From: Podarcis cretensis
Lineage: Eukaryota
Assembly: GCA_951804945.1 (NCBI GenBank)
Contig: OX638154.1
Span: 32,178,001-32,242,000, forward strand
Length of the DNA stretch: 64,000 nt
Reading direction: 5' to 3'
Positions 26,501-38,869 of the stretch are shown piece by piece (positions within the stretch are counted from its first letter, which is position 1; the number at the start of each line of letters is the position of its first letter). The notes below the pieces were generated by a model. It was not told the origin of the DNA, searched no databases, and worked only from the letters and a program-made list of their open reading frames with translations. The position numbers and the translations under genes were made by a program.

Positions 26501-29500
26501 AAAATTACGATTTCATAAAAAGAATGTAAAACTATTGTAACAGAAAGTGGGTCAGCTGTTTAAAGATTGTAAGATTGTCTGCTGTGTGGAATAAAGCTGA
26601 CTCAATGGATCAAATATGAACAAAGTCTGAATATTAGACTGCAATTCTTAGAGAATCAAATTCACTCACAGAACTTAAAGGCTAATGCACTAGTCAGCTG
26701 AGAATATCCAGTCAGGAGAGCTGAATGCTGATGTACAATGAACAGCTTCTTCAGCTGACCCAAGTGCCATAAATCTGACCTCTCATGGTGTCTAAATAGT
26801 TAGACGGTGGTCCTCACAAAAAAAAATTAAGGCTAGTACTTCAGAATTTTATTTTATATATTTACACACAGTTTTTTGATCTAGCATTTCTAAGGTAGAT
26901 CTCCAATAGATAATACAATTCAATACAAGATGATGGTGTGACATGTAATCAGTTTTGAGAAAATGTGATATTCAAGGCTGCCCCCTCAGCTGTGTGTTGC
27001 TCTTGACGCTACGGGCCTTAGAGGCCAATAGCAAACCCAAGCAAACTGCACCCCTTCGGGAAGATGTAACTGTCACTCAGGAGTGGAACTCTTCCTCATG
27101 CAGAGCAGATAGAAGGCTGGCTTCTGGCTCATAATTTGATGATGGGGCAGCTGAGATGCTGGGGGGGAGCATGATATTAAAAGCCTCTCACCAGCTCTCT
27201 AGTGTCCCTGATGTTGCTATGTTAGAGGTCTGCAATCAAGCATCAATCCTGCCTGTGCCATTTCCATAAGCTGTATGCTACTGAAACAAAAGAGTTTCAG
27301 GGCCTGAAATGCATGCCCAAACACTGGGAGAGGAAAAACAAACAAAACAAAAATGTTAAAGATGACACAATGCCTATCATGCCAAATTATGCAGGAAACA
27401 TGAGACTGAACCTCATCAAAACATGTACATCTCAAGTGTTCTCTGGATTTTTGTTTTTTAAAAACTTATGTTTACTTTCTAAACTATTATTTATATAAAC
27501 GGATGAAATGTATGCAAAAAAGCTGAAGTTACTCAAGCTAAGCATCCTCATACAATTCAATTATTACAAAAAATCAGAAAATGAGTCAAAATAAGGTCCA
27601 AGTATTCAGATAACCATGTACTTAAAAAGATCACAGCATATTAAAAAACAATTGAAGATTGGCAATGTAAGTTTAAGCATTTTTGAGAGAGACCAGTAGA
27701 GCATAAAAATAGTCCCATCTCTGCTTATTTATCATTACACACATCCCTATATTTTATATATCACCTTGGTTCATTGGTGAGCAAAGAGAACTGCAAGAAA
27801 AAGCAATGACTGTATAGTTTTTGCATTTGTAAAGTGTTTTAAAAAGGGATTAGCAGGACCGAAATCAGCTGATTTTCAGGGTTTCCACGTTCCTTACAAA
27901 GCGTCATTTTTCAGAATCTCTTGAAAGGGGCTCTGCAGGTTCGTGGGGGGAAAGTGACCCAAAATCATTGTGATAGCTGGTGGGTCAAACTTGACCCATG
28001 AGGGATGTCCAAGATTACAATGTGGGCCATTGGCCAGATCCTGTTCCCCTTGTTCTAGGGAACTGACACAGAAAAGGCATTACTTCGGCTTTCGAGGCAA
28101 GAGAGGATAGATTTGCACATCTGAAGTATTTTTGTCCTTTGGTTCCCCAATAAAACCAGAAAAGGAATCTACCACTGCTAGTAGAAATACATGAAAAAGC
28201 CTCCATGTGCCTAAATTCAAAATGTAATGGGAGATAGTCAACTAAGCTTTACTTAAGAGTTGACCCACTGAAATTAGTGAACATGGCTAAGTTAGGTCCA
28301 TTAATTTCCGTGTGTCTATTCTGGGTAAAAAATAGTTGAATGCCACCCAGTTTTGCTAAAATTTGCACGCTCTCTCTCTTTAAGAATATTTCCTATTCCA
28401 GTTAAATGCAAAAAAATCTTATTTAAGTAAATGAATAAAATACTCACACATGTTCTTCTGGAGTCGGGGACGTTTTGAGGGGATCTCTCCTCCTTTAGGT
28501 ATTTTCCGCCTTCTCAGTTCTAAAGTTATTGGCTGCAATGTTTGAGAGCCTTGCTCTAGATATGTAAATAGAGCAAGGAAAAGGTTTCTAAACATACCAA
28601 GAGAAGAGGTAACCAGATTTTTTCCTTCTTTTTTAAAGAGAAATGACATTTTTCTACTGTTTTATAAAACTTTTATGGAGCTTAGGATTTGAATTCTCTA
28701 CTTTCACCTTCCTTTTTTTGGGGGGGGGGAAGTATTCTATAACATGTAGTGGTACCAAGTGAGATAATAGCCATATATCATTAACTCCACAAGTTCCTTA
28801 GGAACTGGATGACAGATCTTGCACCCCAATCACTGTTGTAACTCTTGGCTTTAACAAGTGTAGAAAACTTACACTAATTTGTGTGTGTTGATGGTCAGTT
28901 CAAATTAAAGTAACATAATAACTAGTTAAATCTGTATTCTGTATCATCTAAATTGGGATATCTACACAAGGAGAAGGAAGAGATGGGGGATTTTGTGACC
29001 CTCCGGATGATGCTGAACTACAGCTCCTGTCACCCCTGGCAACTGGCCATGCTTGTGGGCTGCTGAGAATTGACGTTCAACATCTGGAGGGCCACAGATT
29101 CTCCACTCGTCGTATATGAATGAGACACAGCCTTGACTGTTACCACTGACCTGCAGGAGGCACCACAGGTGGTCGACCACGTCGTCTTTTAGTTTCTTTG
29201 AGGTTTTCTGGTGGGCTATTCACATTATCATTTTCAGGTTTCTTTTCAATCTGGGTATCTATTGAGAATTCTCTGTCATTTTCAGATATGTTCTCTTTGT
29301 CTTCTTTGCCATCCTTTGGAAGAGCCTTTTCAGACACCTTGCTCTTTTCTGAAGGAACTATTAGTTTCCCTTCTTTATCAGATTTAGACCTTCGTTCAGT
29401 CTTTAACGTCTTTTCATCCTTGTCTTTCTTACTATTCTCAGTTGCTTTCCTCGGTTCTTTAAACTTTTCCCATCTTTCAGGAGATGAAGGGATTTCATTA

Positions 29501-32500
29501 CCTCTCTCCTTGGGTCTTGAATTACTCACAATAGACTAAAAGCAAGTTTAAAAATTGTGATTGCTTTCTATTGTAAATTAAACTTACTTACAGAATTGGG
29601 AAGGGGGAGGCACTGTAATAAGGCAATTAATAAGACACACAATGTACAGTTAAAAGAATCCTGTGACTGTACAGCTTTAATACTATTGTCTGGTTCCTTT
29701 TTCCTAATATGATTGCATGCACATATAAAAAGAGTTAAAAGCTATAGAGCAGTACATAAGGAAACAAGTACCATATGACAACACTCTGCGCTCATGGGAG
29801 ATTACATGGGGGACAACTAGTTAGAGTATCTGGAATTTCTACATTAAGATTTATAATCTGTGTTTTAATCAAATTAGCAGGGTGGCATACAATTAAATTT
29901 TAACACACAATAGAACAAATACATAAAAATAAACTTAGATTAGCAGAAATAAGTAATACATAAGAAAGAATAAAGCTGATAATCAAAAGCTTAAAAGCTT
30001 GGGAAAATGTAATAGTCTTTGCCTCATGCTGAAAAGATACCCAAGTAGGTACCAGTTGAGACCTCGTTGCAGAGTGTGTTCTAAAATGTCAGAGCAGAAC
30101 TGAAAAGGTCCTTTGCCTGGTCAACATACACCAGATCTTGGTTCTGAATGGGAACCCAAAGAAGGACCTCTCAGAGCAACTTACCGTTTTTAAACCCCAC
30201 CCCCACCCCCAAGTTGGCTCTGTGAGGGTTGGGAAGACCCCTGGAACACTGCATGGAAGGAGGAGAGGGCAGATCACTCTTTCAGGCAAGGAGATCCACT
30301 TAGTGAGTGATCTACTTAGTGCTATGTTGAATACGTCCTATGATGTGTAAGAAATGCCCACAAACAAGACCTAAGTATAACAGCATTCACCTCACTTGTG
30401 GATTTCCAGCAACTGGTATTCAGAAGAATATGGCCTCCAACAGTAGATATAGAACATATGGCTCACAGCCACTGATAGCCTCCATTAATTTGTCTAGTCC
30501 TCTCACACTAACTGCCTCATTCCCTTACAAGGACATTGTATCAGGGGGGAAATATGGCAGTTCTCATAGGTCATGAAGGCAGTCACCTTTTTAACCTTAC
30601 AATTCCCCAGGCAGGAACCGCATGTCTTAAGATACAGTTGCTTCCTGGGAACATTTAAAAAGACTATGCGGAAGGACATTGTAGGGAAAAGCTGCCCTTA
30701 AACAATCTTGTAAATGCAGTGCAAACATATGCACAGATTCATGAAACAATCATGCTGTTTAATCTGAGATCCATGTTCTGATCTGTGCATGGGTCCTCAG
30801 TGGGCAAAATGTGTAGATTTTATCCAAGATGTTGTGTGAACCAGAATCCACTTCATCCCTACATCTTAGACTTTATGTCCTCTAATAAAATACATGAATT
30901 AACAACCCTGTAATTTATGTTCTGGCCCCAAATCAGTTTAACCAAATCAAAATATAAAAGTAAGTTTCATACCTGATCTTTGGAAAAAGCTTTGACGTGT
31001 ATATTCTTGACTGTCTGAATTACACCATCATAAAATTTTACAGTGTAAGTACCTGAAATTTAAAAGAAACTCCACTTATAAACTGAAGCAGCAACTCTAC
31101 AGTGTGCTAATTACTCAATAAACACAAAGTGATTCACATGTAAGAGTAGTCTTCCCCAACCTGGTGTCCTTCAGGTGTTTTGAATTACAACTCAATCAAC
31201 CTCAAAGACATCATGGGCAATAGGCAAGAGTGGGGTAAAAGCAATCTTCAGAAGTTCCAGATCACAAGTTTACATCACTGTGAAAAACTGGGTTTGATTG
31301 CAATAAATTCTATTTTTATCAAGGAAAATGTTGAGATTTCAAATCTGCTTAATAGCTTTTATTTCCATCGAGTGGAAATAAATACGAAAAGCTATTGCAC
31401 TACAGTGAAACTTAGCTTTCTATAAACCGAAAGGCTCCTTCATTCAATGGACACCTGTGATGCAGTGGTGAGATCTTGTTGGTAAAAGGTGGTAGGGGCA
31501 ATTTTAACCAAAAACCTCTTTTTCTTGAGAGTTCACCAAATCTCCAGAGCAGGTTTTGAGAGAGCATAAGGAGCTGCAGGGGGGAATCTGAGAAGTTGCC
31601 TCCACACCCTTCTTCCACCAGAAGAAATGTCTGGATCCAAGCAATGGAACTTACCCATGCCCATACTACTAGAAATTAATCCACAAAATTGTCTCATATT
31701 ACTTTTTCACTCTCACATAATTAGCCAATTCAATTATTCATAACGTTCATAAGTAGTGGTCACAAAAATTGGGAATAGCGTGGAACGTATACAGCAGCTA
31801 CTCATTTTCAAGACGACTCTCTACAGTGTACTTTGAAATTAACAATTATGCCTTACCATCCTTGTTAACAGAAGTAACTTTGGCTGGATAAAAACGACAA
31901 TCAGACCAGCAAGCCAACACTTGATCATTTATATGAAATCCCTAAAAAATGGAAACATAGAGAAGCGAGTGTTCAGGATACACTGCTGCATCACAGCAAT
32001 AATAAAATAATCTATGCAGTAAACAAAACATTCCTGCAGCAGACTTTCCTACCAATTATTTTACAAACGATTTTAATAATTGTACTCAGCCTATGGGGCA
32101 CAATAGCTTTGATATTCTAAACATATTGTCAAGGCAGGGGGATCATCATAAGCAGCAAGATTATTGAACACTTGGATGCAGAAGAGTGTGTTATTTGTAT
32201 AAAAAATGGGAAACTGCCATGAAAAACGACAATAATAAGGATAAAATCCTATACCCACATATCTGGTAGTAAACCTCACTGAAGTCAAAGTGAATTACTT
32301 CTGAGTAAACAACAGAGTAGAACCTCTGCAGGCCTAATTAATGCCAACAGGCCACTTTGGCTAAACCACACCCACATGCCAATCACCTACATCATACACA
32401 ATGCCATATATGGGAAGGTTAAAAAGGTGACCAGACAGGGCCAAAGGGGTCTTCTGAAATGTTGCCGATCACCTGATTGGCAGGAGTTCAAAAGTGCTTT

Positions 32501-35500
32501 GAAGCATGGTTTATCAGCTGACTTTTGGAACTTCAAGTGCTTCATCACCTGATGTTACTGTGACATCCACCTATCAAATTGGACCACATGGATTTGGGAT
32601 AAGAAGGATCTGGCCCACCAGACTGCACTGTAAAGCAAACTTCACAGCAGGTGTGGAGAACTAATCAGGCAAATGGGCTGCATCTCTAACTCCTTCATCC
32701 CCTGTGGGTCAACAGTAACAGGTGGGTGGGACTGTAGAGAAAATATGTCCATTTGCACATGCAAATAGATTTCAAAAGGGATCACAGCAAGAACCTTCTG
32801 AGATGCACCCTGAAAGTTCTCAGTGGAGGTCTCACTGTTGAGGTGACACCTGAAAGCCCTGCTTATAAACAAACAGGCAATGACTTATACCTACTTATAC
32901 CCACATGCTTTTCTGTCCCACACCTGATGTCACATTTGAAGTCAGGTGTGGGCGCAGTTTGGAGGGGACAAAGCCTTGAGGACTACATTGGCATCTGTGT
33001 AGGACCAAATAGATCCATGGACTGCCCACACATGGCTTACAGTCACAAACAACATGTCTATAAACAGCAATGTTGCCCAAGGTTACCATATTTCATTTAT
33101 CATTTTTTCTATCCCACCCCAGCTGAGAAAAAACAGTATGCAAGTTTATTTTATTATACCAAAAATATTTATAAAAAACAATTAAATCTGCATTCACAGT
33201 TTGCAAAGAATTGGGTTCACTGCAAGCTTTAACTTAGGTTGCTTTTACTTACAGAAGATCCTTCGTCATCATGTAATCCTTCTTTCCTTAACTGTATTTT
33301 TTCTAAAGGACGCAAATAAGGACTGTCCCAACAAAACCATTCATCATAGCGGTGATTCCAGCGTTTGAAATGGATTAGCACTTTTCCTTCCTCATAATCA
33401 ATTTCTTCAATGTGAGCTGGATACCTATGCAAAGAAAGTTAATTTAAAATATTCTTGCAAAAAAAATTGGAAATAATTGTCTTGAAAAAGGAGTAACCAT
33501 ATTACAAAGCCATACATTTTGGTAAATATATGAATATGATATACAAATAGCTTCAATTTCCAACTTTTTGTGATTAATTTAATCTTGCTGCTTTTTTATT
33601 ATTAAGTAAAACTGCTTTCTTTTTCTAGGAAATATGACAAACACCTGAAATCAGCGTTAACAAAGAGCCGACAGTTTATGTGCTTATGGTTGTGTCTTTT
33701 GAATTCTTAAGTCATGGTTTCCAGTCACGGTTTTTATCCATGCTTTTGGTGTGCAGACCTTGCACTTTTCGCCATAACTAATGTTCTAACTAAACAACCT
33801 TGCTGGTGCTATCAGCAGTATATGAAAGAAAGTTAAAAATCTTATGCCATCAGAGAACAACAAAAAGACCCCTAGGAATAGCTGCTTGGTATCCTGATGA
33901 TGATGACAATAGGCAATGCTAATTTGTCAGCGCCATGACCTGACACTGCTGTTATCGGTGGCTGACATCGAATTGTTCCCAAGTGCTGGCAGACAGACTG
34001 CATACCCTCCAAATCTGCCTTGGCAAGTTACAGGACTTTGTGGAAATATGGGGAGGGGGCTGAAGGAGGACAAAGAAGAATGGGAAATCTACTTTTGTAA
34101 TGTTTGATGTCAGTAGTGTTAAGAATTGGTCTTTTTTAAAAATTAAACACAGATCCATACAACATGTACATCTCTACAATAGCTTAATCTATGCTTTTGT
34201 TAAGGGTAACTCCAAAAGTAACAAACAAGAGCTTATCCCATATGACAAAGTTACTGGGGAATTTTCAAGCGTGCAATAATCATGTGGGTACAGAAGCTGA
34301 GAAGGACTCCTCAGACCTATACCTACAGACCTATACCTACAGAATAATCAGTTCCTATACCTATACCTACAGACCTATACCTACAGAATAATCAGTTCCT
34401 CCTGATTGGTCCTCAACCATTATGGAGCAAGATCCTTTTTAGCAAATCATATTAATCAATCCATCTTCAAGCAGAGAACATTTTCATCATCCCCTACTGA
34501 TATCAGATGAGACGAGCAAAACCACCTTAGCTTGGGAGATGGTTCTGGCAATTTTTTATCTCAAAGCAGAAGTTTGTTCAGAATAAATTATGAGGACAGA
34601 CAGAAAGGGGAGAAAGTTCACCAGTGGGAAGCAAGATGGTGACCCTTCTAAAGCATATCTGATCTCTTGCTACTAGATCATGCTACTAGAATGTTAAATA
34701 AAATGCATGATGTTCATACCCTACATATTTAGATTGTTCAGTCTCAAAGTACAGAACAAAATGGCATGTGAATATGTTCTTTCTTTGTGCTATACAATTG
34801 CAATCACATCTATATTAAAATTTAGGACAAGTTCCCTTGTTTAAAACTTGTGAAATTGCCTAGAAGCCTATACTGTATATAACTGCAGAAAACAAACAAA
34901 CAAACAACCCACAAAACTATTTCCTACAGTGAGGGGGGGAAAGTATTTAATCCCCTGCTAAATTTGCCCGTTTGCTCTCTGACCAGTCCATAATTTTAAT
35001 GACCACTCCATAATTTTAATGGTAGGTCTATTGTAGCCGTGAGAGACAGAGTAACAACAGGAAAAACCCCAGAAACCCAGAAGACGAAAGTCAGAGATTG
35101 ATGTGCATTATAATGAGTGAAATAAGTATTTGATCCCCTATCAACCAGCCAGATGTCAGGCTACCTGGTATCTTCACTGTATGTAACGAGCTGAGATGTA
35201 CCTGCTGCAAGGGAGAGGTTTTACCTGTAATCCCAGCTCGTTACAATACCTGTACAAAAGTAACTTTTGAAGCAATCAATCCAGCAGATTCCACGGTAGC
35301 CACCATAACCAAGACCAAAGAGCTGTCCAAGGATGTCAGGGACAGGATTGTAGACCTGCACAAGGCTGGACTGGGCTACAAGACTATTGCCAAGCAGCTT
35401 GGTGAGAAGGTTGGTGCAATAATTCAAAAATGGAAGAAAAACAAAATAACTGTCAACCTCCCTCGGTCTGGGGCTCCATGCAGGATCTCATCTCGTAGAG

Positions 35501-38500
35501 TTGCAATGATCATGAGAACGGTGATGAAGCAGCCCAGAACTACATGGGGGGAATTTGTCAATGATCTCAGGGCAGCTGGGACCATAGTCACTATGAAAAC
35601 AGTTGGTAACACACTACGCTGTGAAGGACTGAGATCTTGCAGAGCCCGCAAGGTCCCCTTGCTCAAGACAGCACATGTACAGGCCCGTCTGCAGTTTGCC
35701 AATGCACATCTGAATGACCCAGAGGAGAACTGGATGAAAGTGTTGTGTTCAAATGAGACCAAAATCGAGTTCTTTGGCATCAACTCAACTCACCGTGTTT
35801 GGAGGAGGAGGAATGCTGCCTACGACCCCAAGAACACCATCCCTACCGTCAAACATGAGGGGGGGGACATATTATGCTTTGGGGGTGTTTTTCTGCTAAG
35901 GGGACAGGACACCTTCACCGCATCGAAGGGACGATGGACGGGACCATGTATCATCAAATCTTGGGTGAGCACTGCCTTCCCTCAGCCAGGGCATTGAAAA
36001 TGGGTCAAGGATGGGTATTCCAGCATGACAATGACCCAAAACACACGGCCAAGGCAACAAAGGAGTGGCTCAAGAAAAAACAAATTAAGGTCCTGGAGTA
36101 GCCTAGCCAGTCTCCAGACCTTAATCCATGGACAGGCAAACTAGGGCCCGGGGGCCGGATCCAGCCCAATCATCTTCTCAATCCAGCCCGTGGACGGTCC
36201 GGGAAATCAGCGTGTTTTTACATGAGTAGGATGTGTCCTTTTATTTAAAATGCATCTCTGGGTTATTTGTGGAGCATAGGAATTTGTTCATTCCCACCCC
36301 CAAAAAATATAGTCCGGTCCTCCACAAGGTCTGAGGGACAGTGGACCGGCCCCCTGCTGAAAAAGTTTGCTGACCCCTGCCTTAATCCACCAAAAATCTG
36401 TGGAGGGAAGTGAAGGTTCGAGTACCTACACATCAGCCTTGAAATCTTACTGACTTGGAGAGGATCTGCAAAGAGGAGTGGGACAAAATACCTCCTGAGA
36501 TGTGTGCAAACCTTGTGGCCACCTACAAGAAACGTCTGGCTTCTGTGATTGCCAACAATCACTTTGTCACCAAGTACTAAGTCATCTTTTGCAAAGGGAT
36601 CAAATACTTATTTCACTCATTATAATGCACATCAATCTCTGACTTTTGTCTTCTGGGTTTCTGGGGGTTTTCCTGTTGTTATTCTGTCTCTCACAGCTAC
36701 AATAAACCTGCCATTAAAATTATGGACTGGTCTTTTCTTCGTCATTGGACTACAATTCCCATGAGCCCTAGTCAATCAGCACTTATGGAAGTTGGGAGTC
36801 CAACAGAAATTGAGGACACTACATTGGTAATTGAGGTGGGCGGGGAGGGGGCACACACCAGTGCAGAATGATACACGCAGGTCCCACTTTCCCAAGAAAT
36901 CATTCTGTAGTCGTGTTTACTAAGTTTACAATTCTCAGAAAATTAATGCTGTTCTTTTCAAACCTAGAATCATAGTTTTGCATATAAACTCAAGTTCAAT
37001 AAAGGGCAGACCAGGTTACTTTATAACTTGACAACGGCAACCCACCTTCTGCCTTCAATTATCATGAAGTCTAATATAATTCTTGCTGTGTTGCTACTGC
37101 ATCAAGAAAGCTTAGCACCTGAAAACAACTAGGGTTATGTCAAATATACTGATTATACACCCCCCCATCTATACTTGCAAGGAGAATGACATAACACCAG
37201 CATCTGCCTAACAAGCTACAATTTTCTCTCGCAACTCAGTATTGCTGTTTTTTACTTGCACATTATGTGCAATGAAGTGTTTATTCAAAAGGTTTCTGTT
37301 TATAAGGCCTACTGTCAAGGAAACTATAATTAACTAGCTGTTCAGTATTATGTTTCCAGTTGTTCAGATATTTTAAATAACAAATGAAAAGGTAAGCAGC
37401 ACATAGGCAGCAAGAACAGATAAAATCAACACACACTTTCATACATTCAAATAGACAGAAAAAGCTCATCTGTAAGTAGGTTTGTATCGTTTTGCAACAG
37501 TGACCCACTAGCTTATACAGGAGTCTCATATTCACATCAGAGCTCCCTAATGTATTAGGAGCCCTTGGTCTGAGCTGATTATTTTATTATTTACAGCTGG
37601 CATAGAATTCAATGGCCAGGTTGCTTGGGGCAAGAGACTCTAGGTAGTTAACACTAATCCTGGCCAAACTGCACTGGCTACCGATTAGATTCCAGGTCCA
37701 TTTCAAATGCTGGTTTTGACCTATAAAGCTTTATGCAGCTGAGAACCTCAATGCATCAAGGACAACCTTTCCTCATATGAACCAACCTCGACCCTGCAAC
37801 CATCATCTGAAGCCCTTCTTTGTGTATGCCCCTCCTCAGAAGGTCTGAAGGGTGCCAAAATTAGAACAGTGCTTTTCAGTGGTGACTCCTTGTGCTTAGA
37901 ATGCTCTCCTTGGGGGTGGCTCACCTGCCATCATCATTGTAGAGATGTAGACACCAAATAAAATAAAAAAAATTTCACCAGGCTTTGGCTCTTAATTATC
38001 TGTGTTCCCCTTTAGTGGACGGGGCATTTTTAATCCTGCCTTTAAAAAGAGGATTGTTTTTCTTGGTTTTTCTTTCATGCCTGGCTTAATGTATGTATGT
38101 GTTTGTTTGTTTGTTTGTTTGTTTGTTTGTTTGTTTACACAATGTAAGTCACTTTGTGGTCCTTTGATTTAAAAAAGTGACCAATAAATTTAACAAACAA
38201 ATTTAAGACATTTATATACCACTTAATTATTCAAATTTCTAAGTGGTATACATTGTCTTCAGTGACAAAACTGAGGAAATGGAAATATTATCAAGAGACA
38301 CTAGTTCATTCATTGAAACATTTCAAAAATAAACTCTATTTTTTTATATACTTCCAATGCTACCAACCCTCATCTTCAGCAGACTGCAAACTGTCCAGAA
38401 TGCATTGTTTTAGATACGTCATTTGCTATAGCCTTGATCTAGCCAAAACAAGTTCTCATGAAAGCATGTTTCCATAATACATTAACCCAAGAGAGACATA

Positions 38501-38816
38501 ATGATTAAAAATGAAATGTGTAGCTGTCTTTTCTATACAAATGTCTAGTATCAGTGTTCTGCAGTGTCAAGGTTCAGCTCAGTCTCTTAAAAAAGATTGA
38601 TTCTCAGTTTTCCTATACATGGTGGTCCTCAAGAAGCAACATCAAAAAGCGAACTTTCCAGTATTCTCTATTCATATAACACAAAACAAAGTTCTACTTA
38701 TCAATTCAGAACAATACAAATAATAAATTACTATTATTATTTGTTTTTAATGTGTGACATTTTAATGTATTTTAATTTTTGTTGGGAGCCGCCCAGAGTG
38801 GCTGGGGTACAAATAA

Positions 38817-38869
<53 letters not shown>

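Larger units (their letters stand above)
34927..36743 (+). mobile_element. Degenerate Tc1 (IR/DR type) DNA transposon with truncated right TIR
   Basis: Starts TA|CAGTG; about 210-bp left TIR with AAGTATTT(A/G)ATCCCC direct repeats; inverse copy at about 36596-36743; transposase remnants between. Confidence 0.92.

Noticed and set aside
35506-36101. Active Tc1 transposase ORFs
   Set aside because: Lost ATG, frameshifts, stop codon, mutated catalytic residues and a MITE insertion.
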